From assembly GCF_000181795.1 (NCBI RefSeq), contig NW_003526943.1, forward strand, positions 5,635,806 to 5,699,805: a stretch of DNA of 64,000 nt, given 5' to 3'. The notes under the pieces were generated by a model that worked only from the letters and a program-made list of their open reading frames with translations, had not been told where the DNA came from and did not search any database. Every line of letters begins with the position of its first letter. The stretch's first letter is position 1. This DNA comes from Trichinella spiralis (Eukaryota). The translations under genes and the position numbers were made by a program. This document shows positions 35,501-49,020 of the stretch, one piece after another.

Positions 35501-37477
35501 GTGAACTTTCCACTGTTCTAAATTTACCTGAAAGTACAATTAAGGTAAATATATTCTTATTCTATAAACAGTAAATACTATCATAGCAACAGTAATTTTG
35601 TTAGACTTTTATTATAATTCATATTCTATAAAGTTCATATTCTCGTGAGACCTTTAACATAGTTTGATCTGAACACTTCTAATAAAGTTAGAGACTTTTA
35701 AATCTGAAGACTTACTTTTAATAACGTGCTTTGTGATATGCTAAGAACAACGGCTATTTGATAAGTGCAAATGTTTTAAGAGTGACGTCGTTCCAATATT
35801 GTAAACAACAGAGTAAAGAAATGGCATTAAAATATGAGTAAACAGTAAAAAAAATTAGAAAAACGAGGAATAAATGCAGAAGTGAATATGTTATAAATTT
35901 TGCCATTTGTTGTAAATCTTCGTGTCTTGTTCATCATAATGCAATATGATTTCATTGCTTTTTTTGAAAGTTTTGTTTCAGACATTTTCATTGGTTGGCC
36001 ATTTTTACTCTTTTAAATTACTATTCTTTTACGAAGAAAAATTTTCAAGAAAATGCAATTGATTTAAGCAGTTGAAACAACTTCACCAGATTGCAGCATA
36101 TTATTTGATAATGATCTTTGAATTCACTTTGTTCCCAGATGTCGTTTAATGCGTAATTGAATTGAATTCAATGTATTTTTTTTACTCTGATCTGTCATAC
36201 TCAAAACTACAACATGAATGCAGATCTGATTTAAACCATATCAGTGATCTCTTAGTGCACTCTGAAATTCACCAGGGATTTTTATACATGATCAACGTGC
36301 AGCTAATTGGCATTGATTTTGGCACCGCGAATGAAGCTAATGTTTCACAGAATGTACGACAAATCGACACTGAAAAGGCATCATGAGCATTAAAAGCACA
36401 ATGCATTCAAAACTGACATCTTTTAGAAATAAGAAGCCCTGTTGGGTCCCTTTTTAAATTATTGACTCCAAATAACAGTTTATTTTAATTTGGTATATTA
36501 GTATATTTAACTTTGTCATAATTTAATTATAGCGTGGCTGTTTTTCAATGTTTATTTAATTATTTTATAAACTATTTAGCAAAAATATGTTGAAATTGTA
36601 ACAGTGAAAATGATAAATTAAATTATAATATTCACATGTTAAGTAAATATACTTGTGTACAATGCAGGAAAGGTACATACAATTATGAAATTTCAGTAAA
36701 TAATAAATCTGCTTAAAAATCACTTGTGTTTATTAAATTAGTTGATCAAATCAGAGAGCAAAATTTTACTTAAGTATTTCGTTGATGCTTTTTCTGCGTT
36801 TTAATGAAATTTTTTTAGGTTTGGTTTCAGAATAGAAGAATGAAAGATAAACGTCAAAGAATGACATTAGCATGGCTTCAAACTAATTCTCATTTGGCAG
36901 CTTACATGATACAACAGTCAACTTGTCGTTCAGTATCGACGACACAATTTTCACCTTATCCACCGGCACGTCTACAACCAAATCCGTTGCTTTATTACGA
37001 ATCAGTTTGGAGAACACCATTCAATTTATCACAACAAACGTTTCAAGAGGCTCTTAATTCATTAAAGTAAATGTCGTACTGAATCGTTTTCATGAATTGA
37101 CATGCAAATAAATTTTCAGATCTGCACCTTCAAACGAACGCATATCATCTATTTTGAATCCTTTCTCCAAGCCACTTCTGCAGTCTACAGGCTTGCTGTC
37201 TCAACTACCACAACTGATCGACAAACCACCTATACCAGGTATACTGTGGCCTGGAATTGGGCAGCCGCTTGCAAATGCATCAAACGTGAATTCTTTTCCA
37301 CTGTATCCATGTACTCAACCTGGAGAAGTTGACGCAAAATTAACACCAAAAGTTGAAACAACAATCCCGTCTTCTTTAAGCTTAGACATTGTAAAATCAT
37401 CCCATTCTAACCAAATTGTATCCACTACAGCGTATCCATCAAAGTCTACAAAATGCAATCCATCTCCGGTTAATTAA
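32583..37477 (+). CDS. vab-7: Even-skipped (Evx) class homeodomain transcription factor, ~324 aa; exons 32583-32790, 35384-35544, 36819-37066, 37120-37477
   Basis: Homeodomain [59 protein letters not shown] followed by MTLAW is diagnostic of Eve/Evx. Exon phases are consistent; exon 1 is the least certain. Confidence 0.95.
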
Positions 37478-38272
37478 ACTTTTGAATAATAATAATAATA
37501 TCGCATTATTTGCACTGTTTCATTCTTCCACATCACTAACTTTAAAAGGCATTAATAAAAGACTCTCCACAAGACTCTCGTAATACTTTTCATTCATATT
37601 TTTTCGTTAATGAAATATCTATATGCTTAACCTGTTCAAAAATTTAAATTAATATATGACGAAATAAAAAATTGCTTGGCTGGCAATTTTCATTCGCATT
37701 CAAACAAGTGCCACTTACAACTGTCAAAAAATTTGGACTCAACAATAAAAACAGCTGACAAAATTGTTCAAAAAAATATGAAGAGATAAATTTACCTTTC
37801 AGAAACTGCACATAAAATCATAATAACTGCGCAATACCTTTAATTCCGAAAAACTTTTCTTTTTCCTAATGTCACCTAAGCTCTCTATTATAACCACTGC
37901 ACAATTATTTTCGCAGTCAAAAAGTAGCAACAAATTGAAAATACAATGCCTGCTAAAGTTCATTTATAGTTTCAAATCGAATTATTAACATGTATATTTC
38001 ATAACAGTGGGATAAATGCTTTTCATTTACAAATATTTAATGTTACAGCTATTGGTGCACACTGCAACAACTACTGGAAATGTTTGTCTTTGAACGATAA
38101 TTTTTCTGAAGGAACAAAACAATAAACTCGTTATATCTTCTGACCGCAAAATTTTATTATAATTTATAATTGTGTACTTGACAATATAACTTAAAATCAG
38201 GCACATTATATGGCCAATTCCAACTGTAAAAAGATCAATAGCCATGACAAACAACAATAAATTGTACAGCAA

Positions 38273-40423
38273 TCACTTCTTCGATTTCGTTCTCTGAAAC
38301 AAAAAAACAGAATTGAAATAATAATAAAAAGTAATTTCACGTTTCAATTATGATTAATGAAACAGGTGCTAACGATTTCATAAAGTGTGCTTACTTCACT
38401 CGAACTACTACTATTACTACTATCTACTAACACTCCACCATTAAAAGAAACTTTATTTAAACTTTTGTAATGAAACTGCAAAATAAAATTTTCAATTCAC
38501 TTAATTTACAGATTATGTTTCAAAAATACATCTCAAAATATGCAGCTGTGAAATATAACACAGAGAAAAATTCTTTAACTTACAAAATAATTAACATCGA
38601 TATATTTTTGGCAAAGGTAAGAAATGAAAGACCTTACCCCAGCCCTTCTCCATAAATCTGTCAAAATGGTGAAGGCAGTTAGTCGTGAAGTTGTGGCACT
38701 ACATCGATTTACTTCACCTGTTGATGTAGACCCTGAATAACAAAATTTATATAATGCAATAAACAAAAACATTTTGAATAATTTTAAAACTAACGTTCCA
38801 GAGGTTTTCTTAAAGAAACACGTTTCACATCTCCATTGGGAATGTGAGATTCTGACATGCGAGAATTTTTTACATATGCTGTTTGTTCAATGCGACCTTT
38901 CACATCTAATTCTTGCTTTAAATCTAAAAAAATCAATGTATTTAAAGTATAATACACAATCAAATATTACTAAAACCTCGAGTTTCCTCTTTCAGACGTT
39001 GAATATGAGCACGTAAAGCATCTTTTTCATCAAGTTCACTTTCCAATAAAGCATTGCGCTCAATAGCCTATAAAATTAAACACAAATAAAATTTAATAAA
39101 CCACAATAATGTTAAATAAAATTCACACAATGTACATAAAGGAAGTTCAAATATTACAGTAAAATACTGTTCAAAAGGTACACTCACAACTACCTTACAT
39201 ACAGTATCCAACAACAATATTTTAACGAATAGTGAAATAAGCAATAAGAGATTTTCCAATAATTTTTTAATAAGCAAAACCAAGAAAAAATAATTTTTCG
39301 CAAACGTGACGTTTCACTAAACATATGAACTCGCATATTTGGTGAAACAGCAATGTAATGATTTATTAAATTTCTTTGATACATGGAATTTTATCAATAT
39401 TCCGTAATATAAAAATTACCTCATTAAGCCGACGATCATAATCTTCTAACGAAACCGCGGCTTCCCTAAACAATATATATTAATTTATTTACAATAAACA
39501 ATGAAATCACCGACCTATGAGCGCGTTCCAGATGATCGTTTACTTGTTCTAACTCGCGAACATAACGATGCAGCTCATCTCTTTCGACTCGCAAGCGATT
39601 CAGTTCTTCTTCAAGCATAGTTACCTGTTTGCGGTTTTCATTTTGAAGACATTCCAGTTTTGTCTAAAAATATAATTTCACTTCAAATCACATCAATCAG
39701 CTGGTAATTAATTACACTTTCAAAGCAGTCCAAAGCAGCAGATTCACTTACAATATATTATCACAACATCAAATAAATAGAACACCTAATAAAACAATTT
39801 CTATTCTTTCAAAAATTTACACAAAAAAATTATGCAACCATTCTATTCTTCAAATTTTCATTCTTTGTTTAAGTGCTATTCTTTAGACATTGATCTTAAA
39901 CTGAATCAAAATAACAACGTTCAGAATTTTTACACGATGAACAATTTTACAGTTCACTTTATAGAAAAAGATAATAATAATAATAATAAAAGAAACAACT
40001 AACCCTCAAACCGTTACATTCCATTTTCAACTGCTGATTATGTCGCATTAAATCGGAATTCTTTTTTTCTGTTTGGTCTAACTGTGCTTCAAGTTCAGAT
40101 TCAAGTTCACGACTTTCAGCCTGGAAATCGTTATATTCTTCTTTCAGTGTTGCAAAACTAAACACAATCTTTTCAGAAAAAAATCAAAAGCAACAAAAAC
40201 ATGCAGAATTCAAAAGATAAAAAACAAAACACAAACTAAAAAATTCAACGCAATTACTATAATTGTTTCGATGGTTTTGGATTTTATAAAAATTATCTTA
40301 AATTATTAAATGGCAGAAAAATATCACAAGAAGAAATAACAGAACAACTTACTTATTCTTAAATGATTCAGCAACGGATTTCCAATGATTCACCTCATTC
40401 TTGAGCGTAATTATGTCTGACAT
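38273..40423 (-). CDS. nud-2: NudE/NDE1/NDEL1 dynein regulator, ~251 aa; exons 40353-40423, 40004-40157, 39515-39663, 39420-39465, 38977-39067, 38795-38923, 38638-38732, 38273-38293
   Basis: Coiled-coil motifs DFQAESRELESELEAQL, YVRELEQVNDHLERA, AIERNALLESELDEK, IQRLKEETRDLKQEL, and C-terminal SRLTAFTILTDLWRRAG. Last exon tentative. Confidence 0.93.
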
Positions 40424-41232
40424 GTTCTCATGAAATTTTCTAACATGACAAGAACAATTCAAAAGTTCTTCAAATAAAAAAAAACAATAACAGAGGTACT
40501 GGAAGTAATTTACAAGTACAATAACTTATTTATAAATTATTCAAAAGATATGAAAACAACAAATCTGATAGCGTTAACCATTTCCCATTTGCAAATGACT
40601 TTATCATCTTGTCGTACTGTAAAAAAAATAAATGCAAGCTCTAGATATGTTTATCAAGCCTGTCCACCATTTTCTAACATCATCTATAACAAATGAAACC
40701 TTTTTTCTTGCTTAAATAATTAAATAAAAATATTTTTTAATGTGTAGCTTTTATCATAGCCACTGACATGCATAAATAACAAAACAATGACATTTATTAA
40801 ATTGTACATTTTAAACAATCCTTTGAAGATGATGACCACTTGAGTGTTATATATTAAAACAAACTACTTGAGATGATTTAAAGTTCATAAAGCATAATTT
40901 TAATTTTCTGCTCTATTTACAGCACCAATCTTGCATTACACTGGAGCATCATTAACAATATATTTCAAAATTCTAAAATATTCATTATTTAAATTATTAT
41001 ATTTATATCTGATTTATTAAATTTGTTTTGAAAAATGGTAATAAAATTCAATTTAATTTAATATAAAAATGAAAATTTAAGCGCAGTTTAGCAACGGGGT
41101 TAAAGTGCAGCCACGGTCGGAATGATTATTATATTTGAATAACGACTCAATACGTTAAATAAAGTAACTAACAATAAATCAGATTTATTAATAAAAACGG
41201 AACAAATAATGAACAAAAATGTGATTACGCTT

Positions 41233-42880
41233 TTAAACAATAAACTGTTGTATAAAAGATTTCAAAGCTTCTCTTGTTGGTCGTTTCGATGGTACGTAAT
41301 GACCTCCATCATGCTCTACCACATGAGGAGACACGAATCTGTTCGCTAATGCAAGACTCATTTCTAAAATACCACATCACATTACGTAAATAACTGCAAT
41401 AAATAAAAGACTAGATATGATATTAAATATGGAGATAAAAATTATTTATTTCATACAGTTTTCCAAGTTCATAAATTTCGTCATAGTCATTAAAGAAATG
41501 AGAAAAATGAAAATAAATGCTTATGAAAGCTGCGGAAAACAAGTATTCCAAAAATTACATTGTTCTTATTTACAGTGTGAAAGCGCTTCTCACCTTTCGG
41601 CACAATTTCATCAGCTTGACCAACAATATGCAAGCTTGGAATGTTCAATTCTTGCTGTTGCAAAGTAATATGACCACTCGATTTGCTAACAAATCCTGAT
41701 ATAAGGATGGCAAATCGAATTCTGTGCTGAAATTCTGAAACAATATTAAATATTGCTACTGTCAATAAAACAACAAGCATTTTTTCAAAAGATAAACAAT
41801 CAGAATAATTTCAATCAATCATGCAAAATTGGGAAATATAACTTAAAGAAAAAACCATATTGTCAACAGTTATGACCATTTTATTAATTTATAAATCGCT
41901 TCAAATTTTATTTTTACAATAAAGATCAATTTAAGCATTTTTAATTTAGGCTATTTCATTTCTCAATACTAAATAGCTCACTTCCTTGTAAGGACAAAGA
42001 ACAAATCAGCGAAGCCATACAGGCGCCTTGACTAAAGCCAAGAATACCATCAAAATTGTGCTAGATAAGCAAAATTAAAATGAAATAATTAAATGAATGA
42101 AAAAAAATAAATTAATTAACCTGCTGAAAAGCGCTGTCAATTGCATCTACAGATTCTTGGAAACCTGTACACAGATCAGTGATATCTTTCGAGCTGAAAC
42201 GATTATTTTCTTGGCTAAACCACCAAGAACGAGCTTCGATCTCTGCATCATTATCTGAATGATTTGAAAAATGTGGAGCATCTACGTAGTCTGAAATAAA
42301 AACAAAATGAAACACTCCCCAAATGAATAACCATTCGAAAACCATAACCATACAAAATTCAACGACTTTAGTCAATGGCTTACGCATAGAACCTGTCTTT
42401 GCACGGAAAGCATTCGCATTCTGCCTACACAATGGATATTTTAGAAAAACAAATCTTTTTCAATTCAATTATCAATTATCTGATGAACCTTTATCCTACC
42501 TGTAACCATGCAGGCATAAAATCTAAAATGCAAACTTTTACTGTAAATAAAAAAAAGTTATTCAACTTTGAAATTAAGTTTCAATTAAAGAATATTTTCA
42601 ATCTGAACAACAAGAACAAATTAATAAAATAAATATAAATTCACAACCTAACAGTATAAATGGTGTTACATGATAAAATTCAGAACTTAAAAACAAGCTT
42701 TTTTCATGTTAATAATACCTGAAAAAATAATATTAAGCTACTTTTAAAAATTGTAAATAATCTGAAACAATGAATGCTGTATATGATATTCACTTCTTGT
42801 TAAAATAAAATCAAAAAAGATCAGAAATTAATCAATGCGAATAAAATAATTTGACATACTTTCAGTTTAAAAGATTCCAT
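41233..42880 (-). CDS. OVCA2: OVCA2/FSH1-family serine hydrolase; exons 42860-42880, 42500-42522, 42354-42424, 42121-42290, 41982-42060, 41594-41734, 41233-41363
   Basis: LKILCLHGYRQNA, nucleophile motif FDGILGFSQGA, PSLHIVGQADEIV (Asp) and HDGGHYVP (His): catalytic triad intact. Confidence 0.93.
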
Positions 42881-43639
42881 CAGCTCAAGCAAACGTTTCG
42901 AAAAAATTTAAACAAGATTCATAGGTCCTGAAAAAATTTAAATGAAATAAATAAAACAATTTAAAAAACATAAAGTTATTAACTGATGATAGTTTTCGTA
43001 TTCTAAAAATATATAAAAAACTATATAATACACTTACAACAAATAATAGTTTTGTGGGATGAAATTAAAAGTTGGAAGAATATATTTTACAATTGACAGA
43101 TTAAGAATACTGTAGTAAAAGTAAATTTAAGTTATAAAAGCAGCAAGAAAATAGCATTTTATCATTCAATTTGTTTTATCTATTCAGTTATTTGATTACA
43201 AAGTAAATATTTTTATTTAATTAAATTTTATTTTATCAAGCAACTATTTTTGTTTTTTTTAATTTTTTTAAACTTCAGAGTGTTTTTCGTAGATGTACAT
43301 CATAAAAGAGTTGATAAAATATAGTAAGAATGAATACTTTACAATTTATTTAGATATCAACGTTATCTAAATGAGTTCATTGAACTTAAACTTTCTAATA
43401 AAATTGTTTTTTTTTAAATTATACAATGCAGTAACACAATTGCATTAAACAGTCGTAGTCATTTATGTCATTTTTATTTCATTTCATTGTAATAGTTATA
43501 ATTAAATGGGACCCAATTTAAAAAAATAATGAAAAGAAATTTCATTTAATGAATACTGATGCAGAGACAAAATATTTTTTAAAATTATCCTGTTTCACGT
43601 TACAGTCAATAAAAAAATTGTTTTACTTTTACTTTTAAA

Positions 43640-44020
43640 ACTCTGTAACGAGTCGCTCCCTTGAACAAGCTCGTTAACTTCCTCCGCCGTGTTATTGGCG
43701 CGTCCATCGCTATTCGGCGACGGGCCGGTATTGACTGGTGCATTTCCCTTTCGCTCAGTCTCACGCTTTCCTGTCGGCATTGCGACAACAAAAGAACAAG
43801 CAATGAGTATATACTTTATTAGACAATCGGTAACCAGGATCGACGACGATGTAAACCACAAGCGCACACACTTGGCCACTTGCCAACACTGATGTAAACA
43901 ACCCTTACCGTACTGCTCTTCCGATCTTCATGTATAATTCTTCATACTGTAGCTTCAGTGTTCTTCGCCTTCATTTTCTGCAGGAAAGATCTCATTAGTT
44001 CGGTCCGTGTCCGCTGCAAC
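43640..44020 (-). mobile_element. Probable LTR-retrotransposon 5' remnant (LTR + PBS-like site + leader)
   Basis: Isolated GC-rich patch in AT-rich DNA. On the minus strand, AATAAA is followed ~35 nt later by TGCCGACAGGA (43779-43769), resembling the TGGCGACGAGG primer-binding site of Mag-type gypsy elements. No splice-consistent gene found. Confidence 0.35.
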
Positions 44021-45393
44021 TCAATTTAAAGTTAGAAAAAATAATTTTAAAAATAATATCAGTGTTCAAGATTTCTTTTTTTGAAAAATTTGCTGAAAAT
44101 GATAATGGGTTTCATTTTTTGCACAAAAAGTGGTTGATTATAACCTTAACTGGTATCTTTCATGGCAATCACCAATTTTCTAATAAATCAGTCCAGCTGT
44201 ATGCAATTTTTCATTTTAAGAAAATTCATGAAGAGATTTTTGTCGAAAATCATTATATAAATGCAAATAAATTTCAATTATTACATAAAAAATAGAAGCT
44301 GAAATCTACAATGCAGAGATGTTGGTAATATGAAAAATGAACATGAAGTTAATATGTTGGTTTTTTTAATTTCTGAAATATAATAAGCATATTTTTGTGA
44401 GTGAAATTGTATCAAATATATTTTTTCTTCATTTTTTAAATTGAATATGTTTTTTTGATAAACTGATGCAACAATGCGTTGACATAAGTGAAGTGGACAT
44501 TAATCAAAGATCATCATTTTTTCTAATAATGGAATGTGCAATTTATTTGTTTTTTTTGAAAAAATTTCAATTCAATCATCATAATATGTCTATAAATAAA
44601 GCAAAGCGATTTATTTATTTCTGGAAATGTTGAACATCTGAACTTGTGTGAGAAAAAGTTCAAATTGGAAAAGATTTTTAATAGATTTGAGAGAAAAGAA
44701 AAAATAGAATAAAATTCTATCATGGCATTTTTTGAATTTTTGCCATTGATCAACAAAAATAAGTTCATTTCAAATTTACGCCATGTCATGGTAGAGAGTT
44801 GAATAAATCAATGAAATAACAGATTGGGAAAAAGAGAAAAAGAGATAATAAGAATAGAAAGCAAATGACAAAGGTTTATAAAAAATGTCTTCAACCCTGA
44901 TAAAGTTGCTTATAAATAAATTTTGGCAATTGAAAAAACTGCAACAAAATCCTGTGCAATGGATATAATTTCTTGAATATTATTTAAAAATAGGTGAAAT
45001 AATTGCTGCGAGAAATGCTTGTTCTCGGAATGGCACGAATTGGAAAATGCATCATCATTTTCAATAATGGACTTTTTTCCATTGATGAATCTTGCCTGAA
45101 ACAATAAATATTCACCAATGATGATCGAAATGAATTAATTTAAATTTGCATGCATATCAACAACACAAATCTAGAAACAGTTTTTGATTGCTAATATTTG
45201 ATAATTTTTTCTTTTAATATTCCATTTTCAATGGTAAATTGAATGTTTCAAAGTAAACATGTCATTCTTCTAGTTTTATTATTACTATTGCTTTCACATT
45301 TCACTTTATGACCACGGAACCAATTTTCATTTTGTTGATCAGCAATTGCTCAGAAGTTATTCCTTCAATAATTAGTAGTATTCCTACTGCTCC

Positions 45394-45433
45394 TAGTAGT
45401 GGTAGTAGTAGTAGTAGTAGTAGCAGTAGCAGT
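45394..45433. repeat. (TAG/AGT)n microsatellite, imperfect
   Basis: tagtagtggtagtagtagtagtagtagtagcagtagcagt; explains the poly-Ser, poly-Val, poly-Leu and poly-Thr runs in the local ORFs. Confidence 0.9.
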
Positions 45434-45710
45434 CTCTGTAAATGCTTCAAAAATACGCCCTTCCCATTGGTTGACCAAACTTCCAATGAACGTGAAACGT
45501 GGAAGTGGACGTGGAAAGCTTTTTGCCTTGGTAGAGGGGAATAAGAATTCAAATTTTAAAGCCAACGGACACTTTTTGAATCGATTTTCAAGAAAGCACG
45601 AAAAACTCATTTCTGACACTAGCGCTCAGGCGGAACATCTGAGAATTGCGGTTCAAACTTTTCGTGGTCACTTTCAGCGTTGCAATTATTTTCACAAATT
45701 TTTTAACACG

Positions 45711-48700
45711 ATGTCCACCGACCTAATGCAATGCAATTGTAGAAGCTCATCACGACTGTCGAATCGTGAAAAAATCCGCAGGCATTCCGTTTTTCCTGAC
45801 GAATTCAATGTAAGCTATTGTTCAATTTCAAAGCTTTCTCCTCTGTGACATTCATTTCACATCCAATTATTCATACTGATATGAAAAATATTCATCTCTG
45901 ATTATGCAAATTCAAATGAGTTCTTTTTTACTTTAAATCACATACATTATATACATTTTCTAAATGCTTACAGTCTGCTAACCACGCTGCATGTTGCACA
46001 AGCAATTATTTAAAAAATTATGTTTTCATTGTTGTCTATATCTTTAAAACTAGCAAATTTTACATTACATTTTGAAAAATTTGCTAATTTGATTGTAAAA
46101 TATCAAGTGTGAATTTAATAGTGCATGAAAACTTTATCCAGCAGCCATGATAATTTTTGAAATAAGAAACAATTTTTGGAATAAATGCAAAAGTTAAATC
46201 AGAAATGCACATTAAATATTTAAGCTATTTGCACATTTTAACCTTTCAAAAAATCCATAGCTCTTTAATATAGCAAGTTATATACTTTCACGAAATGAAT
46301 CGTACAGCTTAGAGGGGCAATTTTATCAATAATCGCTTTTGTTATTGTATAAATGCCATTCAAATTTCGCTTTTATGCAAAATATATTTTGCAAATGCAC
46401 ATTTGAAGTGAGAAGGAGCATGAGCATAACAAAGTTCATTCATGAAAGCGCATTTCGTTTTTCGAGATTATTGAATGCCAATTGTGAAAACACTCAATTC
46501 TGTTCATAAATGTTATATAAATTTAATATTTTTGTTGCATCAAAAACTTCCAACATTTTTGTCTACTAACTGCACTAAAATTGTTTTACATTTATTTCTC
46601 AGAGTTGTGCTCACAAAATGTTATTAAGCGAGCATTTATCAAAAATGAATGGAGAAAATCGATAAAATTTAAAACAACCAGTGTTGGATTTAAGATTACT
46701 AAAAGCATAAAATTTAATATCATTGTTTTATGTTCTTAACATGTAATTAAAATAACTTTGATTTTGTAAATGTGAAAGATCATCTATAACTTCAGTAATT
46801 ATGCGCTTGTACATTATTTTTAAGTTTAAAAGTTTTTCTAATAACAAACTGCTCGCTGCCACTGTTATCGTCTGTGCTTTTGCAATGATACATATACGAT
46901 CTCCTTCTTTTACTGCTCTTTCCTCTAGATTGATGAGCAACTTTTTTTGTAAGCTGCTATTTGAAATTATGTATGGATAACTTTGTGTTCAGAAAAATGT
47001 TGTTATTTACAGGTCGTTAATGATGTGAATGATTAAAAATAGATTTTATTTGATTACATATTAAAACAATTAAAATATAACTCTTTAGCTATAAATTAAT
47101 TGAGTTTACTTCAAATAAGCATGTTAATAGTGGACGCAACAGTAAAATGCTTCATTCGTTTCCAGTGCAATAATGTTTAAAGTACTTAATTAAATTTTAA
47201 AAGTGTTATTCTTTTTCACATTATTCGTATTTTTCAGTAATGTTTAACAGATATTTCTTTCAGTATTTCAGATATTATGTACAATGCTCACCTAAAATTT
47301 TTTACTGTATAAACTTTCTAAATTTAAAAATTTTCCATGTTAAATGCATATTAAAATGTTATTATATATTAAATCTCTCTAGGATGAAGAAAATAATATT
47401 CTGTTTATTTTTTTATATCAAATAAAAAATATCTGGTAGGACATTAAGAAAAGTTGCATAGCTGAGAATGATGCTTTTTTCTAAAAGACAAGTTAAAGTG
47501 CGTTTGATCAAGCAAAAATTAGAACATTTAAAGAAATAGCGAAAGTTACAATTCGTGTTAGCTTGTCTTTTAGATATAATAAGATGTTTCAAGAAGCAAC
47601 GTAGTATTCAATAAATTCCGTGAAATTCTGATTATTGAAAATTTAATTTTATAGCAACATGGTTTATAAGTTTCATCTCAACCAACAGCAATGCTGAATG
47701 ATGAATTCTTCGATTTTTTATTCTTATTTTTTCATTATTTCACGCCAAACGTTTTTATATTAGAAATATGACATTTAATAAAAATTTTACGTGCTACACA
47801 TGCCTGATGAAGTTATTTGTATTTTCAAAAATGTACGTTAGGCCATTTTAAATTTCACATGCGAAAATTATTTAATTTGTTTCAATTTCTGAAATCTTTA
47901 AAATTGTATTTTTTCATGTCTGTTTGGCTTACTTTCTTTTTTCTAACAAAAGTCCACGTGAAAAATTATTTATATTTTTAATATGATATTTTAAACTTTA
48001 ACATTTTAATATAATGCATTAATAAATGTGAATTCAATACTTTAATCATGAATAACATTTATTAAGAAATACTAGCTGCTATTTATAAGCATTTAGCTTG
48101 CTTCATAAAAATTGTAAGAAAACGTATCCATAAAGTTGAAGTTTCGGTGAACTGTTGAGCTGAATGATGTCGAATATGCTTAGCTATCTTGACAATAAGT
48201 TATTCATATTTTGATACTGCAGTAATGTTTCAAAGTAAAAAAAATATATTTATGCTAAGATTTTAAATATTTAAATATCTGTAAGATGGTAAATAAATAA
48301 ATAAGTAAATAAAATGCGTATTCGTTTTGATTTTCATTGATTTTATACTTTGTAATGTTCAAAGGGGAAATGGGCATTAATTTTTAACGCCCGTTGAACA
48401 AATGATTGAATACTAATGACAACAATCTTCAGTTTTAACAGAATATATTCATCTACTGCACAATGAAAGCAGAGTCATTTTCTTTCTTATCCCAGAGCGG
48501 TTGTTCTCATAAAAAATTTTTGCGTTTGCAGTATATACTTTTTAATATGAAACATGAACATCTGATTTTATGTAAATTTAGCTTCAAAGCTACTCAAATG
48601 GTTAAAAGAAATTTTTCAATGTTGTTGAATTGTTTGATCGTTCTAATTTGTAGTTCAAAGCAAAAATTGTAAAGCAAGTCTTTTTTTCTTTTATCCTGCA

Positions 48701-48955
48701 GATGCACTTGATGTCAACTTCTATGATATTTTGTAGCTTATCTCATTGAATAAAAAATTCATCAAAAATTATATAATGCAAGAGAGCATTTAAAGAAATA
48801 ACTGCTACATATTCAAGCGATGTCTACTTTTAGCTGAAGTTAATTGAACAGCAACAAATGTAAGAAAAGCAAACTAATTATGCATTATTTGCTAATGTGA
48901 ATGTTTAATTTTTTGCAAGAACGAGCAGATTGTTTTTTGAAATGTAAAAATCTAT

Positions 48956-49020
<65 letters not shown>

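Noticed and set aside
45301..45710. Four overlapping ORFs with homopolymer runs
   Set aside because: Produced by the (AGT)n microsatellite; more likely leader or promoter sequence of the distal trp-1 exon.
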